A program made the translations under genes and the position numbers. Positions 37,701 to 49,095 of a DNA stretch of 64,000 nt are shown piece by piece (within the stretch, counting starts at the first letter, position 1; each line of letters begins with the position of its first letter). This stretch comes from Callorhinchus milii (Eukaryota). The stretch lies in contig NW_024704757.1 in the NCBI RefSeq assembly GCF_018977255.1, positions 6,262,001 to 6,326,000 of the forward strand. Direction: 5' to 3'. The notes beneath the pieces were generated by a model. It was not told the origin of the DNA and did no database searches. It worked only from the letters and a program-made list of their open reading frames with translations.

Positions 37701-39847
37701 GCAATGACGTGATGCCCCTCAAGTTGTACAAATGTAAAGGGGAGTATGTCCAAATATTCAGGTGCCACTAAGCTCGGAAGCAAAGTAAAAGGTGATAACA
37801 CAAAGAAGGTGCTGACACCTCCCAACGTGAAAGGCGCTATGTAACCTCAATTTGTTGTTGTTGACAAAGTAAATAGGGAACATTTCCTCATTCAACAAAG
37901 CAAGAAAGCTTGAATGCAACTCTTCATTTGTAGCCAGGTTTCTTCTACAGGAGATAACTCTTTCTTTGCTCTCTGCACGGTAAATAAAATCATAATCGAA
38001 CCTGTACTGTGCTCTACGCAGTCCCTTCACAATTGAAGTGGCTTTGTCCATTTTTATTGAAGAGCCTTCACTGTAGAATTAATGCATTTAAGTACTACTC
38101 CACTGCTGCTTTTGTCCAAGCCTTATGTCTTTCCCCTCTCACTTCATTCTTGTGATTATTTATTCATTGAAAGTGCGGAAAATCAGGAAGCTCAATTGTT
38201 TCTTACTTAGCCAGATAACTGCCCAGGAACAGGCCAGTGAGCACCCCCACAAGCAGCCAAGTGCATTGATGTTTTAGTCAGTAGAAGTGCATTTTAGTCA
38301 GTGAATGAACTGAAATCAAGGTCATTATGTCACCAATAATGGGTGACGGTGAAAGAGAGCAGAATGCCTGATTTCATTGAGAGTGAGAATAAACACAAAA
38401 CAAGGTTCATTGCTGACTGCTTTTAGATACACACGTCACTTAAAAGTCACTAATTTAAGCGATGGCACTGCTCACAAACCGCTACGTTTCACTGAATAAA
38501 CAGAAGTGCTTTTATGGTTTCTATGCAAGCTATTAAATCTATAAACATTTATCTACTGGTCTATGAATCAAGATTGGAATAGGCTGTCCAATTCTTTCTT
38601 GATAATACTGCATCAGAAACACTTAATAGTGAAAGTTAAAAGAACCTTTTATTTACATCCAAGTCTTTTATTGTCAAAATGATTTTTTGATTTATATCAA
38701 TTTCTAAAACTTTTCTACAGTAACTTGCTTCAGAACATGGAAGCTGCAATCTTCCTTTTTAAAGTAAATGTCTCTTTTATTATTAAGCACTGCAGTTAAG
38801 GTGCAGTGGATTAGGACTTCCATCCGATATTAATATTTGTGCATCAAAGAATGGAATGACACAAGGTAAAGAGCAGCATCAACTGATTTCTACGTGAGAA
38901 TTGCTGCAATTATAGATATAGATAAAATCAATTTTGAGGGGAGAAAGGACATTTGCTGCAAGGAGGGACTGTAGCAAAGAGGGAAAGTTTTTTTTTAAAT
39001 AACGGCAAATGAAGAAGTGTTCCACTTCGAATTTCTAAGTTAGAAGCAATTTGTGAGACATTACTCAGCCCTACCCTAGGGGTACTTTAGCTTGAACAGC
39101 AGCGCCTTGAACATTCAGCAAAGCCCGACTCATTGAGAAAATGGCTGCACTTTCACTTTGGAAACTGCTTCTGACTCTTAGATGCCTCAGATTAATTTCT
39201 GAAAAGGAAACTCCACAGGTAAGTGCAATCCCTGAGCTCGCCTATGAAAGGGAAACATTCCTTTTAGTTTTACATTTTGCATTTTCATCAATGGGGTGCC
39301 TCACTGGATAATCACGTCCTCAACCCTTTGCTCTTGTTACTGTGGAAATAGCTGTAATCTTAGTTGTGTTTTCTTACTCCATTTTCTTCCTTACTCTGTT
39401 CCAATATCCCCTGGTTCCACCTGGTTGCAATTCTACAAGTATCTGATGGAGAACAGCGGGGAGGTATTTTCAGTTTCTACGGGCAGCCTAGTTGGACAGA
39501 TGCTCTACTCCTGTCTGAAATTGTCACTGTTACTCTGAGATTAACAATTCTGGAACATAATGGATAGTGACAATATAGTGGGTGGAGAGCATGAGGCCAT
39601 GATTGAAGAGTGGAGAATGCTGATTGATGAATGCTCTTTGCAGATTTCCCCAGTAGAAGTTGAATGAAGTCCATGATAGTGTTGTTTTTGCATGGTCTGT
39701 GGAGGAAACCTTTTCCTCAATCCTGGCCGGCTTCAGGCAGACTTGCTGAAAAGAAGACTGTGTACAGAGTCAACAAAAGCTTTCCCCAAATCACTCCAAT
39801 TTGAGTTCTGGAACAGTACTGAATGGATGTAGCTCTTCAGTTTTGAT

Positions 39848-40220
39848 CAACAACAACAACTTGCATTTATATAGCGCCCTTCATGTGGGGTAATGTCCCA
39901 GAGCACTTCACAGTCTGACAACGAGCCAGAGGAAAGTGGGAGGTGATTGTAAGCACGATCAAAAAGAAAGATTCTCAGGGGAGTTTGAAGATGGGGAAGG
40001 AGGGGGCAAGATTGAGGGATTGAGTTGCAGAGTTTCAGAGAGTAGTGGCTGAAGGCACGGCCACCAAAGGTGGAACGGAGTGCACATGGGACAAATAGGA
40101 GGCTGGAGGCAGGGGTTGAGTGGGAGATAAGTAGATCGGAGAGGTAGGGAGGTGCGAGGGAATTAAGTGATTTGAAAACGAGCGAGAGAATCTTGAAATC
40201 GAAGTATCAATTGGGGCCCA
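39848..40220 (-). mobile_element. Older L2 3' fragment
   Basis: (caa)n cttgcatttatatagcgccc tail, homologous to 6284 and 10685. Confidence 0.8.
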
Positions 40221-42478
40221 AACGTCCAAAAACAAAGGAAAAAGATGCAAAACAAGCATATACAATGCACCTGAACAAAGCACATCCTAAACAGAGCAGG
40301 ATATCCTTCTTGCCTCCAGCAGCCATGCTACCAAATCGCTCTAGTCTTAGGCTAGAAGGCAAACCGCTTCCCTGGGGTCTTTCAATTATTTTCAGCAATT
40401 CTCCCCAGTGCCATGTATATTATACAAATATTGATGGCTGCAACAGGAAACTATTGACCCCCTGTTTCCAGAATGATTGCTGTTCTGTTGCCAAAGCTAG
40501 GTCAATAGTTCAAATACTACAACCCTCAACCACAGTCAATATTTGCATAATACATGTGGAATAAGGCAATTCAAGAAAAAAAAATTGAAACGTGCTTTTG
40601 TACATTTATACATGAATTTCAGACATGGCTGGTTCATTCAGAGAATATCTATTATGTTAGATAAAGTTTACAACATCAAGAAGAGGCTCGTGGCTATCCT
40701 TTATATCTTCCACTGGAACCACGACTCCTGGAATTCCCTCTACAAATCCCACGACGGATCAGTTGTTCACTGGCACTGATGATCACCATTTCAAAGTGAT
40801 TACTTATGGATCCAGCTAAAGGTCACTGGTGAGTTGACTGCATGAACAAGCCGGCAGATTTAACCAGTGATGTAATAAGGCGAACAAGATAAATTTACAA
40901 AAAGCGCTTTTTCAAAAAAACACCTGATAAGAGCAGTCTCATAAGCATGACAAACATGTGTGTTTCAAGAGACCACATTATTTTGATTTCACCCGTACCC
41001 CCCTCCCTCGCCACACACACACATATTAATATATGAAGAACAGCAAATTACTACTTGAAAACTAAACACTTTCAAACAATACCAGTCCAGCTCCTATCAA
41101 GGAAAGATGGCTGTGTCGTTTCAATGAAGTCAATAGCTGACACAATCATGGGAGGAATTGTCTACTGTGTGAGTCTCATATTTGAGAGAAATATTTAATA
41201 CAAATTCCACTATAATGTAGGATTGTTGAGACTGCCTACACAAGTCCTTACCTGTATAGCAGTACTATGGAACTGATTACTTTGGTATTTTCCTTCTCAG
41301 CTCCATCATCCAATTCAATACGAAGCAAAGTTACAGATGCGAGAGCATTTAAAATATGCTGTAAACCTCTGCCACCTCACTACGTCAAGGATTAACACAA
41401 ATCAACCCCGTCATGCCTTCAGCAAAGCGATGGCTGCACAATGCAAAAACTATTGTTAGAGCCCAACTTCTCAGTAACTTTAACCAACTGCTCTGAAGCT
41501 TTGACACTAGCCACCCAATTAAACAAATGCTCAATGACAGGTCTGTGCTCTAACACACGGTGGCAGAGCAACTAAATGCTCCCTTTACTATCCTCCCTTT
41601 ATGTGAACTGTCAACAAATTCTTCCTCGAGAATTGGTAATAAAAGACATTGGATACAGCTCTAATAGGTGTGGAGATAAAATCAATAGCCTCGTGAGTCA
41701 CAGGTCAGAGCGAATCTACTACCTTTCTGTGATAAGCTCAAATGGAAGATTTTCTAAATGCCTATAAACATGAACATCCACCTTTAGAAAGAAGAGTGCC
41801 ATATAAAAATTGGGCATATTGTACGTTTTCCTCTTTAGAGTGTCTGTGCTCATTAAGGCAAAGGATGACACGATTGGCAAGCAGAACGTTTGCTTCTTTG
41901 CACCTGTCAACAGTGCTGACACGAAAGGGGTCGGGTGCAGCGCGAATCAGATGCAATGTTGAATTTCAACTTAACCTTACAGAAATGGGCTCTGCTGGAA
42001 ATCCGCTCACACCTTGCTCAGTGAAGCAAAACAGCGAGGTAGAGAGGAAGATATTACACAGCAAAGAGAGCAGAGGGCGTGCATGGCATTTAACAATAAG
42101 CAAACACACACTGTGGGGTGGATACAATCTGCGGGATTTCAAAATCTCAACACAATTAGGTGGAAAGTCAAGTTTTCAGCTACTCAATCAAGTGGAGAAT
42201 GAGGTCGAAACTGCAGCATACAAGTTCCAGTATCAGCCCGCAGAAAATAAAAAGCATTCATGCAAGATGAAATCAACTTAAAATCCACAAATGAAGTGAT
42301 ACCCGATCAGATTTCTTCCCTCATTGAATTACTTGCATTGCTGGTTCACCTCTCTTATAGAATAAACCTGCTGTTTAATCCCTATGTGGCTAACAACTCT
42401 CTGAGCAATTCCCTCCAAATATCTGTGTGGGCAATATTTCACTTGCTATTGCAGCTCTGTGCCCTCGAGTGCCTCTAC

Positions 42479-42569
42479 CTGCAGGACGTTGTGCTCCAGT
42501 CTCATCTGCAGCATTTTGTTCTCTTCATCCAGACGGCTTCTCTCGGCCTCCAGCTCCTCAATCTTCTGC
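42479..42569 (-). CDS. MAD1L1: MAD1L1 internal coding exon, (R)QKIEELEAERSRLDEENKMLQMRLEHNVLQ, phase 2 to 0
   Basis: Acceptor ggtttctgctctttgttgcag, 91 nt, donor GTAGAG. Resembles human MAD1 LKVEELEGERSRLEEEKRMLEAQLERRALQ (recalled). Phases fit both neighbouring exons. Confidence 0.95.
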
Positions 42570-43811
42570 CTGCAACAAAGAGCAGAAACCCCACAGTCAC
42601 TCATCCATCTGCTTTCTATTAGCAGTCACTGAACTGGCTTATGAGCATCATTATAAAACATGAAGAATAAAAATCCCGCTCGGACTGCCTCGAATTTAAC
42701 TGTGTCATTTTCCTCCATCTCAGTGCTCCCACAAACTCCATGATGCAGATTAAAAAGTATATCCACGTAAGGGATTACGAGGCAGTAATATCAGTGGCTC
42801 AGATAAGACGCTAACATTCAAGAGTGAAGCTCGAGCATGAACATCTGAATCCCAAAACGAGAGACAGCCTTCTCCTCACTCTCCATCTCGGTAGGATATG
42901 AAACCACAAATCCAATACACTCACTGCATACAATCTACTGCCAACTATTACCTTCCAAATGTTTCATTTCAAACACATTCTCGCACATTAATAAAAGAAT
43001 TGCCTGTATTTTCCAGTTGGTAATTGTGTTGTGAATGACTGGTCTCAGGTGCCAAAAGGCAAGAAAACAAAAGTTTTTATGATGTCATTTGTTTCAAAGA
43101 AAGGCATTTTGTTTTCAACAAGAGTAAAGTAAAATATATAGAAAAACTACAGCATGCAATCACTATCTTAAAGTCTGTTCTGTGCCTCTGAAGCTACTTA
43201 CAAATACGATGAGGGGAGTAATGCAAAATGTGATATTAAACTTGTCGGTCTTAACACAAGTACAGTGACTCACTGCTCAAGCCAATCCAATTTCCATGTC
43301 CTAGAATCCATGGGAAGTGGATTTCTCTGGCATTGAAATTAAGTTGTACTTGTCCAATAAAGTAAATTCCACCACCACACAGACACTGCAAAATGTCATT
43401 TACACAAGAGAAAGGCAACCAATGTGACATTGGTCTTTATTGGCTTTTAAGTTGCAATAAAAACTTTCAGACTGAAACCTTATATTAAAATGTCTGATAG
43501 AAGGAATTTTCTTAAATGTATAAATATTAATCTTTAGATTATCCAGATTTAATGTGCTCTTTTTGCAATATTTCTGTGATCTGTGGAAATATTAATTTAA
43601 CATCAGATTGAAGGATACCTACAAGTGTTGAATGTTCAGATTTTATTCATTTATTCATTTTATTCATGGAGGGCAGAGGGAGAAAGAGAAGCAACACCTC
43701 CATTAGAGCTGTATAATCATCAGCAAAATATTCAATTAATTGATACTTTGCATTACACACGGAATAACAGACAGCATAGCATGGAAACAGGTCATTCAGC
43801 CCAATAATGCA

Positions 43812-43863
43812 GGACCTGATTTTAAGGCCCCATACTACCATGTTATAACCAGGTCTGACTGTA
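43812..43863 (-). mobile_element. Possible pogo/Tigger-like transposon end
   Basis: Minus strand TA-CAGTCAGACCTGGTTATAACATGG resembles Tigger-type TIR starts. No partner TIR found. Confidence 0.35.
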
Positions 43864-44138
43864 GTACTAATGGCCGTAAAAATATACTTTCTTTTGAACG
43901 TCTTTGTTTTCAACTGTCTTGTACTGTAGTTAAAATACAGGGTGAGCATTACTGTGAGAAATCCCATCATAAAAAGGTTTTGCAGCTACCCCTCAGTGTA
44001 GGGCTGAATAGCTGGGACAGGGTTTCACAGACCAAGCCCCTGGTGCTGACCATAACTGAAAATAAGATAATAGGCATGTGCCACTTTGGGTGATCAGACC
44101 AGATCTTGGAGCTCATTCAGACAACCAGTTTCTTGACT

Positions 44139-44220
44139 ATAATAATAATTGTTGCATTTGATATAACGCCTTATGTTGAAACGTCTTAAAGAGTTTCACA
44201 GGATTTACATAAAGTGCAGT
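44139..44220 (-). mobile_element. SINE tail abutting an L2
   Basis: aataataattgttgcatttgatataacgccttatg. Confidence 0.7.
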
Positions 44221-44223
44221 GAA

Positions 44224-44760
44224 CAACTCCTCCATCCACAGGCTGCAGATCATCCAGAACTCTGAAGCCTGTGTCCTCTCCCGCACCAGGCTCCATGACC
44301 CTATCACCCCCATCCTTGCCCGACTCCACTGGCTTCCCATCACTCAGAGGATACAGTTTAAAATCTTGGTCCTCACCTTCAAATCCCTCCACGGCCTCGT
44401 TCCTCCCTACCTCTGTGACCTCCTAACACACTATCAACTTGTCCACTCCCGCTGCTCAGCGGCTCCAGCCTGCTTCACATCCCCCGCCTTGCCCCCACCC
44501 CCCACTGTTGGCAGGCGTGCCTCCAGCCTCTCTGTCCCCACCATCTGGATCTCCATCCCACAATCCATCCGCCTCGCCCAGTCACTTTCTTTCTTTAAAA
44601 TCTCTTCGACCGTGCCTTCCGTCACCCTCCTACCGCTACCCTCCCCACCCTACACCCCTTCTGATCCAAACCATCAGCTCAGGTGCGGATCCCTGACTGG
44701 CCAGCGCCTTGGGACGTCCTCCTGGCAAGAAAGGCACTATACAAATGTAATTTGTTGTTG
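44224..44760 (+). mobile_element. 5'-truncated L2 LINE (ORF2 C-terminus, 3' UTR, TTG tail)
   Basis: ORF 44219..44929 encodes RLQIIQNSEACVL...ITPILARLHWLPITQRIQFKILVLTFKSLHGLVPPYL, the typical L2-clade ORF2 end. Confidence 0.92.
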
Positions 44761-46394
44761 CTTAAGGTCAAGGTGTCAAAATGCAGAGCTGTCTTGCTGC
44801 AGCAATGATATGCTGGTCCACTTTGTAAATAGGAAACACTGTTTGTTAAATCTGCTGGTGACATCTAACGGCAGCACATCAATAATGCACCAGTGTAGTC
44901 TATTTTTATTGCCTTCCTTTTACAACTGAGTTTCAATGTAAGCAAAGTCAGACTGGTTTTGCACCATCACGAGTATTCACAAAGGACCCACCAAGGCAGG
45001 GAAAAATACTTAAAACACATACCAAGATAAATAATAAAAGAAGGTGCACATCAAAGTCTGATCATGGAACATTCAATAAGAAAATGGCGCTTCAATTCAA
45101 CACTTATCACCCAATGACCTCTACCCGTGAGAGGTCCCTGGCAAGCACAAGACAACACTGTTATTTTCATGCATTTTCTCAGAAACAAGTTGCAAACCTC
45201 CGTCAGGGGACCGGCTGTAATGACAGCTGTCATCAGACGCTGTGATTTCAAAGCGATAACACACACGGCTTCTGTCTGAGCAAGAGAGTGATTGTGGGTC
45301 TGTGTGTGTGAAGGCTACAGCCATGCTCCTCATCCTTTCAGTACACAGTACCTCTTCCTCGGCCTTAGCACAAGTGGATTTAAAAGCTATCCAGATTGCA
45401 AATGAGGTGCAAATTCATTTACTTAGCTAAACTGAGAGTGTTACAAAACTAACCATTATATGGATTACATATTAAAACTGCCTCTCATTACCTTAAAATC
45501 TTTCTGAGATTGATTTACCAAAATACTGACGTTTAATGCAGCAGAGAGCTCACAAAGATGCTGGGCAGAAATTGAATTTTTTGCATTGATACAGTAGAAG
45601 GTAATATTCCCTGATCTCTGGGAAAATATGAAGCAAACATCACGGGGTGGGGGGGCACAACACCCAACCGTGACCACTGTATGGCATCGACACTGGATGA
45701 AAAGTGGAAGGTGCTCAATGTCTGCGGACTGTCCTCCTTTATGCTGCCAATCATACACATAGGTATGCAAAAAAATACAAAAACTGTAGCAAGCACCCTG
45801 GGCTGGAAATAGCCCTTTGCTCAGCACAATGAGTTCTGGTTGGAGATTTACAACACAATAAATGAGAATTTTTTGTTGAGCATTAAAGACTGACATTATA
45901 AAACCTTCTGGAAGAGGGTCAATAGCCACAAAGCTAAAGGTACGAAACATGAAATTACTATTGGAGTAAGGCTGTCCATTCTGATTATTACTCCCTCTCG
46001 TCTCTCTCTTTCATGTTCTTGCAATAAGAAGATGAGTGGATGCTCAGTGATGTCGAACATGCTGTCAATACTTACAGCACAGACTCATACAAGAAGAATG
46101 GCTGCTGGGGTGAAGGACCAAAGAACAAGTACCAATGGAACAACACTGCAGCATCAATCAATACTTTCAAGTGTCCAGTGCGAAAAATTGGAAAGAAGAG
46201 TAAAATTGGAGTCAAGCTTAGGTTCAACCTTGCCCAGGCTGATGAAAAAAATGTAACTAACTGTAAGAGCTCAGAGTTCAACAGTCTAAACCTAGTTCCA
46301 AGCAAACTGCAACTCAAAGCTTCCCATTTGTCTCTAACTGTGCTCCTCTTTGCTCAGTGAGGTCACAAGGAAACCTACTAGGATCCATTACAAG

Positions 46395-46672
46395 GGAAAT
46401 AGCCTTTAAATCATAACTAAGGCAGCTAAGGACAGGAAGTATTTGTTCACACAGAGGTTTGTAACAATGTGGAACGCTTTGCCTCAAAAAGTTGTAGAGG
46501 CAAAATCAAAAGGGACATTTAAAATAGAAACAGACAGGTGCTTTGGTAGAAGAGGTATGAATGGTTATGGTGAAAGGGCTGGATATTAGGAGTAAAAGAT
46601 CTAACCACACCTAATAAACTGGTGAAATAGGCTCAATGGGCTTAATGGCCTTTCATGCATCCTTTTGTGCCT
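46395..46672 (+). mobile_element. Degenerate CR1 3' fragment
   Basis: ttcacacagaggtttgtaacaatgtggaacgctttgcctcaaaaagttgtagaggc reads FTQRFVTMWNALPQKVVEA, a CR1 ORF2 end motif. Confidence 0.75.
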
Positions 46673-47427
46673 AAAATGGAGGTCTTAGTTTATTTCTGAG
46701 TTTCCTTTTTAGAGATTAGCTAGTCAAAGCCCGTTCTCGAGAACAAGTGGCTCCTGCATTCAAAACCTTGCTGAAGACCTATCTCTCAACCAAATGGTTG
46801 GCCCCTTTTCTCCCCTCCGCTCGGGTTCCCAATCAGCTGTGTGAAATGGTTTGAGATGTCCTCTTAACAGGAAAGGGCTAAATAAATGCCAACTCTTGCT
46901 GTTGCTGCATTAAAAAATATTACACCTGTCCTTGGGGTGCTTGCTGCTGATACTGGGTGCAAACAATGAGGAAACACTTCATTTCCTAGCAATGATGCCC
47001 CTAACAATGAGCAATGTATTGAATGGAGTAGGGAAGGGGGAGAGATTTTTAAACTGGAGTCGTGTTAGAATTCATTTTCCAAAAAGGTTAACCTAACTCG
47101 TCTGATAGCCGTGTGGAATGAAAGCAAAAAATGATATCAATTTCTCATTCTCAGTCATGCTTAATTGAGTTAAACAGTAAAATTGTCAAATCTGAGTAAA
47201 ATACTGCTGCGGTCAAGGTCTCAGGTGCAGTGCCACCACACCTACACTGGTGAAATAGCTCAAAGCCTATAAATCACATGATATGGCCACAAGGATGAGG
47301 TCAGAGCCAGGAGAGAACAACGGTAGAGGACTATGTGGGGCATTGAAGTAGAAAGGGAAGAGACAAAATGAGCTATGATGGGGCAATGAGGACAGGCCTG
47401 GTGGAGCATAACAAGTAAAGAAAAAAG

Positions 47428-47545
47428 TTTCGCCCACAAAATATACAATCAATTCACTTTACAATGTAGTCTGTGCAGCGATTTGAGATGTCTCAATGCC
47501 TGATAACGGGCTATTTCAAATGCAAGGATTATTATTATTTTATTA
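47428..47545 (+). mobile_element. SINE tail
   Basis: gtttcgcccacaaaatatacaatcaattcactttaca...caaatgcaaggattattattatt. Confidence 0.8.
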
Positions 47546-47875
47546 TAAATCCACTATGAGATAGTAAAAAAATCTGAAAATGCAGGGAAAAAAACAAACA
47601 AGCCGTCGAATAAAAACATACAACGGATAAAAGATTTGCACATTGCAGGAGGTTTTTAATTACAGTGTAGAAGGAATTTATAATATGCAAATTGGACCCA
47701 CAAACACAGGTAACATTATGAAGTTAGCCCAGTCCAGCTGGTTAATGTAGTATTTATGAGCCACTGGAGCTTTAGAGCTGCACAGTTAGAACTCACAATA
47801 ATTAGCAACAAGCAGCGAATATGCAACTGGCTGCAGGACACAACTCATTGCTTGTGTTCAGAGTTCAGTGCTCAA

Positions 47876-48256
47876 TCCTGTACCTTAGTGGTTAGAACAC
47901 TCGCCTCGCAAGCGAGAGGACCTGGATTCGATTTCCGGGCAGGGTGAAACGTTGGGTAAGCTTCCTTACTCCACATGGCTCTGTTTACCTAGTAGTAAGT
48001 AGGAACCCAGCTGTTAGTCAATTGGCGGATCGCTTTTCTGAGGGTAAAAATCCCTTCAAATACATAAATAATTTGGTCACTCAATCCACGAACGTTTGTG
48101 GGACACCGCTGTGTGCAATTGGTTGCCGCGTTTCACCCAAACAAAAAAATATACAGTCAATTCACTTTACAGTATATTCTGTAAAGCTCTTTGAGACATC
48201 TCAAAGACGTGATAAGGCGCTATATCAAATGCATTTATTATATTATTATTATTATT
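47876..48256 (+). mobile_element. Full-length long-linker SINE
   Basis: tcctgtaccttagtggttagaacactcgcctcgcaagcgagaggacctggattcgatttcc head, body and (ATT)n. Confidence 0.9.
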
Positions 48257-49006
48257 GTTTTAAGTTCTGAAAGGACTACCAAAGCATATGCAAAGTGAGA
48301 GTTTATGCCCAACATTTTATCACCGTATTTATACCCCTGCCCTTCTGTCACTGCAACTGTTTCCCTGGACTTGGAGCCATGAAAATCAAATGAACAGATT
48401 GTTGCAACGACCACTGGCAATGTGCTAATGCTGCTGATTCACGCCTTCAATGCTGCAGCAGCAACAACTTGAGATAGAAATATGGCTAATAACCCAGAAA
48501 GCCCTCTGGCAGAAGGACTATTAAATGGAGTGGAAAGTTTTCAAAAAGTTCTCCAAATGTGAAAGAGAAATAATTTGTGCTACGCAGGTAATCTGGCAGA
48601 ATAAAAGAGCAATTTAAATATGCTGCAAATGAAAATCAGGAGCCCCGAGGAAGGAGAATGGAGCATGGATTGGAAGATAAACCACCTTCAAAGAATGATA
48701 GGAAGGTATCTCACTTCTGCATAGACTAGTCTAAACAATATGGTCATAGACTGGCAGATCTGGGCTCTATTGTCAACTGTGTTTCCCTCATTGATTTCAC
48801 CCTTTTCACTAAGTACAGGAACTAGGAAGAGGGTTAGGCAAAGAGCTAAATGGAGTCAAAATGTCACACTAATTAGAGGAGGAATGAAAGCAAAAACAAT
48901 TAGTTTCCATTCACCGAAATAATCTAACTTTCTGTTAATACGATATTCTGGAAGGTGACTTTATTTAGGATCTTTCTCAAGTGTAGATGCCTCCAACCTT
49001 TCTCAC

Positions 49007-49095
49007 CTCAGTGCATTTCCCTCCTCACTGGTGATGCAGTTGCTGCTGTCAGTGGTAGCAACCTGGCTCTTGAGAACACTCAGCTCTGCTTCCAG
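49007..49095 (-). CDS. MAD1L1: MAD1L1 internal coding exon (coiled coil), LEAELSVLKSQVATTDSSNCITSEEGNALR, phase 0 to 2
   Basis: Minus strand: acceptor tctctttgtttcctttcgcag, 89-nt open exon, donor GTGAG. Resembles human MAD1 LEMELKMLKSQ...REEADTLR (recalled). The split Arg codon AG|G joins in frame to the next exon. Confidence 0.92.

Noticed and set aside
41742-42281. 179-aa plus-strand ORF and the overlapping ORFs to 42663
   Set aside because: No recognisable domain. The later ORFs are partly the antisense shadow of the 91-nt MAD1L1 exon.
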